DNA of 58,916 nt, the filler included, from Basidioascus undulatus (taxonomy: Eukaryota): assembly GCA_000826855.1 (NCBI GenBank). It is 6 parts of 6 records of this genome, joined end to end, with 100 filler letters (N's around TTAATTAATTAA, not from the genome) between each part and the next. Parts side by side here need not be neighbours in the genome. Positions count along the whole stretch, not along the records: positions 25,656 to 52,534 come from JTLS01000177.1; 5 more parts are not named here. One strand, written 5' to 3'. Of the stretch, positions 26,113-41,831 are shown one piece after another. Position 1 is the first letter of the stretch. Each line of letters starts with the position of its first letter. A model generated the notes under the pieces. It saw only the letters and a program-made list of their open reading frames with translations, searched no databases and was not told where the DNA came from. The translations under genes were made by a program, and so were the position numbers.

Positions 26113-26570
26113 GGGCATGGTAGCTTCGGGTTGGAGCGTGATGGGTGGACCGGTGGATAATGCAAAAGCTGTAATCACTGGAGTGATGTAGAGTGTCTGG
26201 TCGCTTGATGGGGCGCAGTTTGCCAGCGAGCTTCAGTGCTCACTGCTCTCCGCGTCGTCTTCACAGGTCGCCGAACCCTGAGCCGCTGGCAGAAGATCTT
26301 CACCGAAAGGCAGTTCCTTTTACAGCAAGAGCATTCTGCTCATTCCTCTCTCCTGCTCCCATCTATTCTCTGCTTCCCTCGTTTGTGGTATCGCTGAAGA
26401 CCTTATGGTCCAAACTGACCTTTTGCACTGCGCGCGACAACAGCGTTTCGTACAAGTATGTACTATGCAGTCTCGGGCGCGGCGATACTGGAGCGTCAAG
26501 TCATGATGTTGCATCGCTTGTACTTTGCGCAGTATCCCCGTCCCCGACCCTCATACCGCATAGCAAACCT

Positions 26571-27953
26571 CTACAACTTGGCCTTCTCTCGCTCCCTCTT
26601 CTCCACCTTCCTCAGCACGACGTCCTCCACCCACTGTGCCACCTCCCTCTCCACCTCCTCACTCCTCTCGACCATCACCCAATGGCCGCACCCCTCCAAC
26701 CTCACCCTCCTAAACTCGCCCTTCACAAACTTCTCCATCCCGCGCGCCATCTCCTCCGGGATCGCAAAGTCCTTCGTCGGCTGTACGAACAGCACGGGCA
26801 TCCCCTGCGGCAGGTGCGTGGGGACCCCCGCGGCTTGCTCCTCCAGGAAGCGGTGGTGCGTCGTGCGGTACCAGGACGTGGGGCCGAGGAGGCGCGAGCG
26901 GGAGAAGGACTGGACGTAGAAGGCGTGCTCCGCGGGCGTGAGCAGGTCGGAGCGGATGGAGCGGAAGCGGGAGTCCCGTGACGAGTCGTCGAGTGTGCCG
27001 GGCGTGGACCAGTGCGTCTGGCGCGGCTGCTGCGTTTCGGAGGCGGACGGGGAACGGTGCAGGAGGTGGATGAAGGTGCTGATCTGTTGCGAGGGGTGAA
27101 TGATAAATGTGTGAGTGGAAGGAAAAGGGGAAGGGAGGAAAGGGCAGACGGACGTTTCGCTCGAGCTCCTCCGCATTGCGCTCGTCCGCGAGGTACAGCT
27201 GGTAGTTGAAGTTTGGCCGGCGCTTGACGATCTCCTCGAGGGGGATGTACTCCTTGTTTGGAGGCAAGTAAGGGAGAGCGAGCCTGCCGTCCATCAGCCA
27301 TCCCCGAATCGTTCAGCGGCTTCTCAGGGGAACTCGCTGCAGCAGGGGATGGAACGCACCCAGCGACCCCGAGCACCCGATCAGGGTGGTACTGCGCCAT
27401 CCTCCACACCGTTGCTGCGCCCCAGTCATGCCCCACTAGGATGACCCTCTGCAGGCCCAGGAGGTCGAGCAGGGCTACGAGGTCGGAGGAGACGGATTTG
27501 AGGGAGTAGCGCCCGATGTCGGCCGGCGCATCCTGCGGTGCCGGGAGTGGGATTCAGCTTGCGAGGGAGAAAAGAGCTGGGGGGAGCTAGGAAAGACGCA
27601 CCGTGCCTGCGTAACCTGTGAGAGATGGCACGACCACCCTCCACCCCCTCTTCGCCCACGGAACGATCTGGTGTCTCCACCCGTACCTATTGTCCGCCTC
27701 CCGCCCAACTCAGCACTCGGCTCCCTCCCCCATTCGCTCTCTATCACGCTCACCAGAGGTCCGGGAACCCGTGCACGAGCAGCAGCGTTGGCTGAACGGT
27801 CGGGTCGGGGAGGGGCACGCCCTGCGCGTCGAAGGGCGGGACGTCGATGTACGTATACGTGAGGCCGTTGAGCGTCGCGCGGAGGTGCGGGTACGAGGAC
27901 GGGTCGGAGGGCGTAGGGAGCTTGAAAGGCTTTGGCTGCGGTGCGGCGGACAT
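26571..27953 (-). CDS. soluble epoxide hydrolase-like alpha/beta hydrolase with PTS1 (-AKL)
   Basis: LVHGFPDLW|YGWRHQI, GHDWG nucleophile Asp, YQLY lid Tyr, WYR, GCGHWV catalytic His; ends KAKL*. Confidence 0.95.
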
Positions 27954-29300
27954 GGTTCGTGCTTGGTTAGGTCGAGTTGGATGGGGAGAAGGGGAGGGGG
28001 GCAGGGGGGAGCGCGGATGCGAGGAGGGGCAGATGATGTCAGTTGGGGACCGGTTCGGAAGTGCGATAATAGCCGGGTGGAGGGCGAGGGTTCGTCGTTG
28101 AAGTTGCAGCCTGCGATGCTTGCTGTTGCCAGCGAGTTCCAAGACGGTCGAAGAAGTGGTGAGGACGGTGTTTAGACAAGAACAGGAAGCGACTGCATTA
28201 AAGCAAGCTCAGAGGACCGGAGCGGCCGTGAAGCGTCTCGTCCCCACAGCAGTTTCAGATCTTTGCGACCGAGTCAACACCCCATGCTCTACTCCTCTCG
28301 GGCCCTCATCCTCTTCTTCAAGAACTCCTCAACATGCAGCTCAAACGAGCGTGCCTTCTGCTCCCGGTCGCCCACACTGCGAACTAGCATCAGTGCCCCC
28401 AGCTTGACCCGGGCAGTCCACATCCTCGAATCATGCTTACAAGCCCTCTTCTTGCCAGACACGCAGATGTATTCGTTGACCGAGCCACCCTCAATCATTG
28501 AGCTGCAGTACGCGGTCGTCGCCGCGAGGGCTTAGCCGGAGCCGGCAGACGTCGCGACGATGTCGACGGGGAGCATGGGCGGGGAGGGGTTGAGGGGGCG
28601 GACTGATCACCAGCAGCCCGCGAAGCCGAGGGCACGCTGCGCCAGACACAAAGCGGCAGATTTGCCGTCACCACGGCTAAGTTACTGAATTTACTATGCG
28701 CTGTGGTACTCGAGGTAGGCCATTCCATTATCGTGATGCTGTTCTGAAATCTGCCCTCTTGCAGCTAGCACTTTCAGCAACCGTCCAAGCCGTAGCAGAC
28801 TTGACATGTGAAGCCACACATGAAGGTTTTCATGGACGCACACAGTATGTTTCGCAAAAAAACAGTTACGTGAAGTGTATCAGCACCGGAAGATGCTACG
28901 AATAGTACATCAAAGCGAGCCAAAGGACGCAACTGCACCAGCGGAGTTTTCTGGGGCAGGACGGTCGGTCGCGGCTCCGGCTCAGGCTGAGTTTGGACTT
29001 GACGAAGTAATTACCTTCTGTCATCAGATGTGAGCCGTGGAAGGCTCGTCTCTGTGTTTTGCCCTGGCGCCCGCAGCAAACTTCAACGCAAGTCATTCCA
29101 TCAGCACACACTTCTTCTTTGGAACCCGCCTTCCCGGTTGTTAAGAGTCCCCAATAGCGCTTTAAAACGTTGTCCTACAGGGTATGGTGGTATTCACAGG
29201 GTATTGTCCGAGAGATCAAGGTGGCGTAACAAGCGAATGGGGGAAAAGGGATCGACTGCACAGTATGTTACCTAATTTCACAAAATGACTGCGCTACTTT

Positions 29301-31515
29301 CTAGTTCCACTTGGGGTTCTCGGGGTCGGTCAGGTCAAGGATGACCGAGGAGTGCTGTGGTGAAGGAGACAATAAAATAAGCAGCATCCAAAGGGAGCAA
29401 GAATAAGGCTAGGAATTGAAGGACGAACAGGACGGCCGCCACCGCGGTTGTAGAACTCCTGAGTGAAGTCGATGGTACGGTTGAAGTTGAGCGAGCCGTC
29501 CTCGAGGATGTCGATGTACTGGACTTTGAAGTCCGCGGGGGTGTTAAGAATGGAGATGTCGCCGCCCTGGAGTGCGGGATCAAGAACGAACAAATCAGTG
29601 TTTGGGACCGTTTGTGAGTGCATGCACGATGTGGGAGGATGCACTGACCTGGACGAAGTAGTCGGTAACAACGAGCGCTGAAAGGGTGGGATCGCGAAAT
29701 TAATGAGAATATCCGACAGGAAAGAAAGGATGTGTTGCGGCTCGCTCACCCTTCTCGTCAGGAGTGAGCTTGAGGAAGTGCGGGCCGATGATGCCCTGGT
29801 CCTCGTCAGGGTTGTCGAGGCGCTTGATGTTGTTCAGGTCGCTGATGTCGAGCGCGGCAATATGGTTACCGCCCGTGATGGAAGCGTAGAAGAAGCGGCC
29901 GTCCTTCGAGAGCCTGCAAAATAAATCAAAAGTCAGACGATGCAGGTCGTGTGTTGTGGGATGTGCGCACCAGGAGTAGATGGCCGTGCTGTCGCGCGCC
30001 TTGTCGCCGAGGTCGAAGAGGAACTCTGTGACGCCGGGCTGGCCGTCCTCCCGCGTGCGCTCGGGGTAGATGATCCAGAGCTGACCGAGGTGGACGGCAG
30101 TGGCGATGGCGGCACCCTCGCGGTGGTTGGGGATGAACTGTAGGAAGGTACGAGTCAGTTTCGCGATTCGAGTGAAAGGCAGGGACTGGAGTCGACACTC
30201 ACCTTGACGTCCTGGATACCGCCGCCGCCGGGGATGGTGATGGTCGACTTGATGGTGCGGGTGCTGTAGTCCCACAGGCGGAGCGTGTTGGCACGCTGGA
30301 TACCGAAGCTGGGCTTGAGGATCGACAGCGGGACGACGTACTTCATTAAGAGTAAATGAAAGTCGTCAGGCACTGGGTGAGCACGGCATGGTAAATGGGC
30401 GATGCACGCACGTCAGAGGTGAGGATGAGGTTCTTGTCAAAGTTGATGTCGAGGCCGTGGGGGGTGAACTGCTCTCCCAGGATGTTCAGGAGGCCGTCGA
30501 CGTCCTCGGGGTGCTGATGGCTGTAAGAGTCGAAGAACGCTTAGCCTGGCTGTTCTATACGCCTGAAAATAAAACCGGAGAAACTCACATGATATTGAAG
30601 TCGGCGTCGGTCTCGACAAGGCGGCCGGGGGAGGTGCCAACGGCGGCTGGGTGATATCGAGTCAGGCGAGTGTCCATTGTATGCCTGGCAATGAAAGACT
30701 CACAGCCCATGTATGTGATGAGGAAACCGCCCTCGGGGAGCGCACGAATTTCGTCGGCGATGGACGCGAGGAGAGCACGGTTGCTCTTCTTGAAGGAGGG
30801 GTTGTAGGGGTCGCTGATGTCGAAATAGTATGCAGTGTCCTGTGTTAGGGATCAAATTAGCTATGAGTGCGTGAGACAAGCATGCGGTGAAAGCTTACCT
30901 GCGTCTTCAGGAGGGACAGCAGGCCACCGCCGACGAGAGTCTTGCCGTCGGCGCTGCAGGACCAGCCATCAGCCGAAGAGAACGAAAGATCTCGAGAGTA
31001 TGAACACTTACGAAGCACCAAGATGGTGGGGTTCGTTGCCGGAGGAGGGCACGTCAACGAGGGTGATGAAAGTGCCGAAAGTTTCCTGCGGGAGCCACTT
31101 TCAGTTTCGGCTGCGTACCAGCATCGACAGGAAAAAGGAATACACACATCGTCGAGCGAGTACACGGCAAGGAAGTCCTTGTGCTTCTTGTCACCGGCGC
31201 CCGTCCAGAAGTAGCCAAGCTTCTTCGGGCGGAGCGTCGATGGCGTGAAGGGCGGCGACTCGACGGGCGGGGTCGGCACTTGCAGAACGGGGAGCGGCGG
31301 AGCAATGTCGGCAAGAGCCTCGGTCACGCCGGGGATCTCAGGAATGAGCGGGGGGAGGGCTATTGGGAGAATCAAGTGGAAATGAAGAAGAATAGTCAGA
31401 AATAGCTCTGCACATATCCGCCAGATTCAAGGAGACGAAGCTCACAGAGCTGCGGCAGAGCGGAGACGAAGCCGGTCGCAGCCAAGAGGGCCGCAAGGGT
31501 AGCGATGGAACGCAT
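29301..31515 (-). CDS. secreted SBP56 / methanethiol-oxidase-like beta-propeller protein
   Basis: Signal peptide MRSIATLAALLAATGFVSA; DFLAVY, GNEPHH, FLITYMG, TPHG, LTSDY, TLRLWD, GPH, TDYF and GRPH motifs. About 12 exons, all in frame. TATA-like TACATAAAA at 31619-31627. Confidence 0.85.
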
Positions 31516-33513
31516 GTTCGATATTACGATTGACTGGTACCGCAGAAGCGAGAGACTGAATTGGTGTGGAAAGAGTGAAGGATGGGGGATGAGGTCGAGG
31601 CGAATACGCCGCCTCGCCTTTTATGTATCCCCTGCCCGGCCTCTGCCGCGTCCTCCTGGCCCGCGAGCCTTTTCCGCGAAGGCGTAGCATGACAACATAT
31701 TAGATCGCAATGGCAGCATTGACACAGGGCATGCGGCGTTGAGGGAGCCGGTGGCAGTAGGGTAACCTGAAATGTCGGCGCAGTGTGCTGTGTCCCGCCG
31801 GACTGCAGAGAACGACACTGCCAAGCACTGGAAGAGTTTCAACAGCGTCGTTAGCTACATGCCAAGGAGTCTGTGAATAGATTTTTGACAAGGGTGCTAG
31901 TTTTAGCTTGAGGAACGGGTGTCGAATGCGGGTCTGTTAACATTTCATTAAGGTGACGCGAGCGCACACTAAACACTCGCAACGAAGTCGTCCGCCCGAG
32001 CTTGCGGAATGCTTCAGCTGCCTTCCATTGCTTCCATGGAAGAATAATATCATATTGAAAGAATTTTTCTATCGCAATATGAGCGATCACTGGAAGGATT
32101 GGGGACGAGACAAAGCTTGACCTGAGTCTTCCTGTGTTTGTTCCATCAGACGTGACGCAGACACCCTATAGCCTACAACCCATGCCTCTTTCCAGTGGAA
32201 CTTCTCCAACACAGTACCTATTTCGCCATTTCAAAGATTATGAAATTCGTTGGGCAGTGCCTCATACGACGTTCCCGGACAGGGCGCTTGGTTAGCGGGG
32301 TCCAGAAGCCCTGGAGAACATCACGATTGCAGCTGCGCACACCATCTCGACGACAACTTCCCCCGGTGATCGGTTCATGCGTTGCGCTGAGAGCGCATAA
32401 TTGGCGTCGCAAATACCGCTCACACAAATGGTAAGTAGTTGCCACATCGCTGAGTCTAATCGACATCGCATAAATTTCGACTAGCGCCTCTTGCGCGACG
32501 AGAGTGGGCGATGGCGACTACACCTCCTTCGACTTGGATACCGACTTTTGCATGTACTCGTCAATTTGAAACGCTGGCCATGGGTCTGAAAGAGCTAAGT
32601 TATATTCGCCAGCTCCTTACTATGCACAATGCTTGCATCAATTGGGCTTACCCCATGTCCGTCGACTTGAAGGATACCCATCGGACTCGCTACGCACGCG
32701 TGGACTTTACGTCCATACCTAATGGTTGAGGCAAGGCAGAAACAGGAACGATTAGAAAAATTGGTAAAGCCTCTGATCTGTGATGAGCCTGCAGGATTGA
32801 GGAGCCTCAGACCTAGCAGTCTGCTTCAATCTTTGTTACGGCTGTTTATCTTTCATTATTGATGGATATGATCTTTTTTTGCGCATACTGTAGCATAATT
32901 TTGCACTGATATGAGTGCTTCATTATCATAGGATCCATTTCAAGGTCAAAGCGTCGTCGCTGCCCAGAACAAGAGAATAAATGTGTGACTTCAGCCTCCC
33001 TTAGGTAACTGAAAGCACACAAGATTTATATACTTTAGGAATTTGAAATTTCTCTGTGTTCATCGGCACTCCCTCTACCACGCTCAAACAACGGCCCTTG
33101 TGAGCGCCGCGCAGTTGTTGACAAGTGTAGGTCGGCGCGAAGTCCTCACAACCGCACAATGCGAAGTCTTTACAACCGCATCTTCACTAAGTTCCCCAGG
33201 TAGTGGTTATACTTGCCGGCAGGAGCTGCAAAGCTGGACGGGGATGTCATCCTGTGCATAGATTGTCGGACCTTGCTTATCTTGTCACAGTAGAGAAGCA
33301 ATGCTCCGTTACTCCAAAACAACCGCACACAACCTTTACAGGTGTATTTCCCAAAATTAGGACTACCCACGCGAGGAGAAAGCACATGCGCAGTCGGCAT
33401 CAAAACGCTCGATCGGCATCTGAGTCTGCGGAATCTTCTGGGATCGCTGCTTCCGAGGACTGCTTTCTCTCTCAGAACGGAGAGCGTCCATCTCTCTTGC
33501 GTTCAGAAGCAAT

Positions 33514-34437
33514 ATGCAAGACCCACAGTGGGAATTTCCTGACGTTGTTCTAGCGTTGACGACCGCAGATTCCGCCGATGCGCAACTGGAGGCCATTCGC
33601 AAGTGCGTCCTCGCCGTGAGCTCCATAGGACTATTCATCACGAAGCTTGCTAATTACTCTCACGGTGGGGATTCGTTCTATACACCGGTTCGAGCATCAG
33701 ATACTTTGCGCCTGACGCGGGCTTCAACCACCCAATGTGCCGTGTTAACCGAGGCCCTGGAAGCAGGGATAGATGGATTCTGGGAATCTACCAGTGGGTT
33801 CTCATATTTTCTGAGTCTACCTGATTTTGATTCGGGTGTGGGCTTCGAATGGGCCGGAGCAGATGGTATAGGATCTTGAGCCCCAACATCACGCTCGAGG
33901 TCACCCAACACGTGTGGAACCGAGAAACGAACACGCTTTTCTTGGAGGTAGTGTCAGTGTTGGAAGAACAATTTGTTATAATATTACTAACTCCGAATTT
34001 ACGTGATAGACAAACGTTCCACGTCTTTCTGTCGCCACTCAAGCCGCATCCGACTCGGTGCGTCCATACTGTTTCTCCCCGCCACTTCCACCGGTCATGT
34101 ATCACCATCTCACATGATCTTGGTTCGGCTTTATCCAGCCTAGCGGTAAAGGTTCAGCTCCAACAGGACCCCGACGGTCTGTACCGCATTATCTATCAGG
34201 AAGACTGGTATCAGCCAGAGGTGCGTCCATTTCATGCAAACCGCCTGATCTCAATGGCTTCTAGGTGCTTGCACGAACTAACCGGGAATTTTTTTGCAGG
34301 ACATCACATACGTCTTCGTCCCTCAGTTTGCACCGCTCGTTCTTATCGCCAAACACATCTGCACAGTTATGTGCAACGTGAATGCGCAGGTGGTCCAGAC
34401 ACTTCTGGGTTGGTGGAAGCCGCGGAAGGACACCTAG
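33514..34437 (+). CDS. fungal SigF-like NTF2/SnoaL-fold protein
   Basis: Spliced: MQDP..VLALT..Q.EAIRKYFAPDAGFNHPMCRV..SRDRWILGIYQWYRILSP...YRIIYQEDWYQPED; six exons in frame. Confidence 0.8.
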
Positions 34438-34860
34438 CAGGTGGGAGCTAAGAACAAGGAATGTAACTTGTTTCAGAGGACTGTCACATGGTGTTTCTTA
34501 TGTTTGAGAACCTTGAACAGCCCATGGTTGAGCATTGGAAGTGCGAGGCGCGCGCTGAAAGGCGACGTGCAGCTGAGCACTAATTACTTAACAATGGCCC
34601 CTTCAACTGACCGGGTTGAAAATAAACCAAACAAACAGGCTGTGTTTCAAGTCCGCAACGGCAGTGACACTGACATCGTGACAGTGTCTGTTCGTTTGCC
34701 AGATGACTCTTGATGACTCCTCCGCTCCTCCGCGGCCCGTCGGTCCCAGAACTGCCCACTGGCCCCTCGACGAGCATAAAATTCTCCACGCACGTGTACG
34801 CCTCTGCCTGAACATTCATCATCCTAGACAGGCTTGTCTTCGCTGTTGCGCACCATCGTC

Positions 34861-36867
34861 ATGTCCACCTCCGCGGCCACCATCTCTCCGGCCTCACCTT
34901 CCAGCAGACTCCTTCTCTTTATGGGAGTCTTTCATGGGCTGTTAAAGTCGAAACAGCTCCCTGACGCACTCCACATCCTTCTCTTAGGGCTTGCGGATCG
35001 AGTTCGCGCGGAGGACTGGATTCGGCGCACTGGTATGGGTCACGAAGCGTACGTTGTGCGGAAGTACTCTTCACCTCGCGCGGAGTACTGAGCAGGGAAT
35101 ATGAGGAACAATGTTCACCACAACTGCACACTTCGAGAGCCCGGACGAGTCATACAACTGGATCATGGCTTGGCTTGCCGACCACTTCCATCCCGCTCCA
35201 GTTGTGATACTGATGTTCTTGAACGCCCGAGCAGCACAACCCAGCTGGACTTCTGCGTCCGACTTCCTCGTTTGAGTTTCTAGCAGAAGGGACGATGGCG
35301 ACTACTCAGGCTCGAGTCGCTCGAAGTCAAAGCGCAGTACTGTGACTGTCCGCTACCGTCTCTCTTACGGTCCGTCTCCGACCGCCCAAAGAAAAGACCT
35401 CTTAGCAGCGCCGAGAAGTCTTCTATCTTCTTGTGTTGCAGATAACCATCGATGGATTACTTTCCAAAACCACCTGCTGCGAGTTTCCCGCTCGCAGCGT
35501 GAAGAAGGAAACCCTTGGACTACTGAACGTGTCATCGGGATTCTCTCACCATAACGTCCGTTCTATCTCCACATATACTTCTTTCCCCGTGCCGAGCTAA
35601 TGACCGTCTTTTCGCAGTGCGTACACGCCCTCGTGCTCCATCATCCCGCAGCTGATCGAGCACGCGCGGGACCTGTACCTTCGCAACTCGCAGTCGAGGC
35701 TTGTCGTCTACATGGGCGAGTCCGTGTATCTTCTACCGCTTTAACCCAAAGTCATCGGTGGGCTGACACCCCTGATCTTGTTCAGCCAGTACGGGGACTG
35801 GCGCCGCCTTGCTTCGAAGGTGCACCTCTCGCTCGCATCTGTCATCCTGCCGGACGGGATCAAGGAGCGACTGCGCGCGGACGCGCAGAAGTTTCATGAC
35901 AGCGATGAGTGGTACGTTTCCAGGGGGACGCCATATAGGAGAGGTTATCTGCTGCATGGTGAGCCTGCTGCGTCAGTTTCAGCTTTGATGCCGAAGCTGT
36001 TTTCCAACGATTTGTTCCAGGTACGCCCGAGAGTGACAAGTCCAGCACCATTCATGCGCTTGCGTCCAAGTTCGGTCTGGAGGTCTATATCATTCCCCTC
36101 TCGATTAAAGGGCACGCCCATTTGCTGCCGACCCTATTCTTGCTGGCCCCATCCTTCTGCAGCTCGGGAGGGTGCATTTGACTGACCTAATGCTTGTATT
36201 TTGAAGCCTCAACGACGCGACCCTGGCAAACCTGACGACCGGCACTCCCGGACGCTGTAGCCTCTACCTCGAGGCCGACGCGGCATTCCCTCGCGCGCGG
36301 CCAACACCAGTTGGACCAGCAGCAGCAGCAGCAGCAGTCACGGTGGCGAGCGCTGCGAACCTGTCCAGGCCGCCTCCCACGGCGAGGCGACACGACCGTG
36401 ACGCTGCCCGGGCTGCTGAACGCGATCGATGGCGTCTCAGCGCAGGAGGGTCGTCTACTTCTCGCTAACCCCAACTACCCCCAGCGCCTGGATCCCGCGC
36501 TTTTGCGACCTGTAAGTATTGTTTCGCCTCATTTGCGGTTCCGCCCTCTTTTCCACCCTTCAAATGGAGATTATCCCAGCTTCTGACTTCGGAAGTGGTA
36601 CTACAGGGCCGCATCGACATTCGCATCGAGTACACGCACGCGTGTCCAATGCAAGCTGCTGAGCTCTTCGGGCGATTCTACCCGGAGGTGATAGGGCGCG
36701 TTGCGGGAGACGGGGTAGACATGGTCGAGGAGTTCTCAGGGCATGTGGCGGAAGGGAGGTTGAGCGTCAGTCAACTCCAGGGGTACCTACTGCTTTGGAA
36801 GGACAGGCCGCAGGAAGCCGTGGATGGTATCGGCGAGTAGGTCGCTCAGGAGTTAGGGGATGTATGA
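34861..36867 (+). pseudogene. BCS1-like AAA+ ATPase pseudogene
   Basis: SVILPDGIKE, WYVSRGTPYRRGYLLHG, TLPGLLNAIDG, LDPALLRPGRID. Walker A decayed to GTPESDKS and Walker B to LYLEAD. Frameshift near 36300-36390; TAG at 36838-36840 where a Trp would fit. Confidence 0.85.
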
Positions 36868-37582
36868 GGAGAGCGCCTAGAGCGGAACCCCTAGATTTAT
36901 TGATTGAACCTTTGCATCATTGTTTAATTGCTCGACGTGGTCAAAGTCACGTAAAAGGGACACGCTTGGAAGTCGACTGGCGACGTTTTTTGAGGTCCGA
37001 CTGCCTTCTGCTTATCACCTTCACCACATTATCGTCGGTCTTAGACTGTTTTGTTGCCTGTTACATAAGCCTCACCTTGAAGCTCCGCAAACATAAGAGG
37101 CAAACTGCCACACTCCGTTGTTCCGATCTTTTAGACCAACCACCCCCGCCAGAGTACCCGCTCCAAGATAGGGACCTTGCTGTATCTGCTCCCTAGTACA
37201 TAGGATCGAACGGAAAGAACATATTATCAAGAATTATTAGGCACGTGCACAACGCGTTGATGAGGCATCGACAGGGCATCGCACTGGAAGTCAGTTGCGC
37301 CCGCGACGGCACCCAAAGCAGCCTATGTGTGCAGGTGGGACCGATCCCTGTATTACGCCTATGAGGAATTTTTAACTATCTCCCACTTCATCAGACTTCA
37401 TGGTGGTGCAGAATATGGGAAAGACAAGGCGCACACATCGGCAGCGCATATTTTCAGGTTAGGTCTGGAACTGGGCGCGTTCGTCCGGCCTCCCCAACTC
37501 TCATCATTCCCTTCACGTCTTCTCTCGCGTCGCAGGCTCACCCAGACTCCTGCTCATCTACACTTGACACAAGTCTGTGACT

Positions 37583-39911
<2,329 letters not shown>

Positions 39912-40162
39912 TGATTCTGTAATCATTGTAAAATGTCCTGGACAAGATGTACTTTGCTGGCACAACCTTTACTGCATCATCTGCAGATGAGATATTCGAG
40001 GTTGAAACTTTCAGAGACTCCATCGAGCCCGCGAAGATGGCGGGCTGGTATAGCACCCAGTAATCCGCTTCGATTCTCAAGGAATGGTTAAGTGCAGCAG
40101 AAATCGATTTGCATCCTGCAGTCGTGACATACACGCGACATTGCTCGCAAAATCTATGCATC

Positions 40163-41293
40163 TCATGCTGATGCCTCGGCCAGAATCCTCTTCGCCTCCT
40201 CCGCAATCTTCCCCTCACGCTCCGCCCGCTTAGCCGCAATAGCCGCAAGAACGTGCGGCGTGCGCTTCTGAGCGCCGCGCCCGTTCGCACCGCGCCAGCG
40301 CCAGCCCTTGTCGAGCTTGATCGCCATGCGCGCACGGTACTGGGCGCGGGTGTCGCGCTGGTAAAGCTCCTCGAGCTCAGAGGCCTTGGGCGGGTCGGGG
40401 AAGTAGAAGGGCTCAATGAGACCGACGACGGCGCGCTTGTACGCCGGACCGGGCCCGGACTTGCCCGCCTTGCGCACGAGGCGGTTCTCCTGCGTGCGCC
40501 GGACTTCGGGGATGCGGTTGTCGGTACGGATGTAGGTGGTTTGGACGCTGGCGTGCGGGGGAGCGACGGGTCAGGATTGCGGCGGATGGGCGACGGACGG
40601 TTCGACGCACCCGTAAACGGCTTGGAGGTAGTTGCGAACGTCGAGCTTCGTGCACGACTGGGGGATGCGGAACGTCGCCTCGTAGGGGTTGTACGGCCGG
40701 CCAGGCGGGGTGTTGTTGCGCACCATGCGGAAAATGAGGTTCGGAAGGAAGACGGGGTTCGTGGTCGTGACAGTTACGTTAGTCTTCTTCACTTGCACTC
40801 CGCGCTCGTCGCGCTCGTTAAAGTCGTCCGCGGTGGGGAACGGGCGGCTATGGTCATAGCCCTTCGGATACTCGACACCGCGCGTCCGGGACCGCCACGC
40901 CATGCGCTCAGCGATGTACGCCCGCCGCAGCGCCTCCTCGTCCGCCTCGTCGACGGCCTTGCTCGCCTCCGACGCGGGCGGGAAGGCGTTCTCGGTGCGC
41001 GGCCAGCCATACGCGCGCGCGCGCCGGAAGTCGAGCTCCTGCTTCGGGGAGAGGATGCCCTTTCCCGTGTACTCGAACTGCGACGACGGGTCCGCCCTTC
41101 GCCTGCGCACGTCCAGGGGACGCGAGGCCTCCTGCGCGGAGGCGGGCGTGGGCGTGGGAAGTGCCGGCGCGGCGGAGGGGTCGTCGGAGCGGAAGACGTG
41201 CGTCGTAGTGCCGGCCATCTCTGAGGAGGGCGGCTTGGGCGCATCGCGCAGCCTGAGGGAGGTAGCGAAGCGGCGGAGAAGGGAAGGGCGCAT
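40163..41293 (-). CDS. MRP20: mitochondrial ribosomal protein uL23m
   Basis: Presequence MRPSLLRRFA; VFLPNLIFRMVRN, ATFRIPQSCTKLDVRNYLQAVYG|VQTTYIRT, YKRAVVGLIEPFYFP. Confidence 0.93.
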
Positions 41294-41831
41294 GGTGGGC
41301 TGGGAGAACGAAGGTGTCAGCCGTGGCCCTTCAGGCAGCCTTGGTCGAAGGTGTCCGCCTCTTCAAAGATCAAAGATATGACAAGATCGAAGGTACGGAA
41401 TCAAAGAGGTCCATGTCCTCTGACCTGGAATTTTGGATCCCAGACCCTCGACTGCACCCGGTGCCTCCGACTGCCGGCTCGAAGCGAAAAGAGAAGACTA
41501 CACGGACTACTCACCGGCAGCGATTTCGATCACCCTCAGGATGACACCAAAAGAGAAGTGTAATGAAGCGCCCTGTAGTTTTGCGCCAACCCGGGGCGAA
41601 GGGGTGAAGTCGAGGAGGGGAGGAGTTGGGAAAGGGTAAGGAGAAGGTAGGCGAACGCGAAGCGAGAAGGCCCGTCTGCGGCCTTCTGCGAATTCTCGAG
41701 CCGATTGGACCCCGCCGAGTGCCGCAGCCTGTAATATTCCGCACACTTTCCTTTCTTTCGCCCGCCACCCTACGTTCGATCGTTCATACAACACTCCCAT
41801 TATCCACAAAATAATCACCAATTACTTTGCC

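Noticed and set aside
19249..31515. Sulfur/amino-acid cluster (serine dehydratase, MetR-like bZIP, methanethiol-oxidase-like gene)
   Set aside because: The SBP56-like gene is on a different contig; the other two are neighbours with no further pathway genes.
11812..36840. Two putative TGG-to-TAG stops as evidence of RIP-like mutation or stop-codon reassignment
   Set aside because: Only two events, both in genes with other lesions, and intact genes here use TAG as a normal stop.
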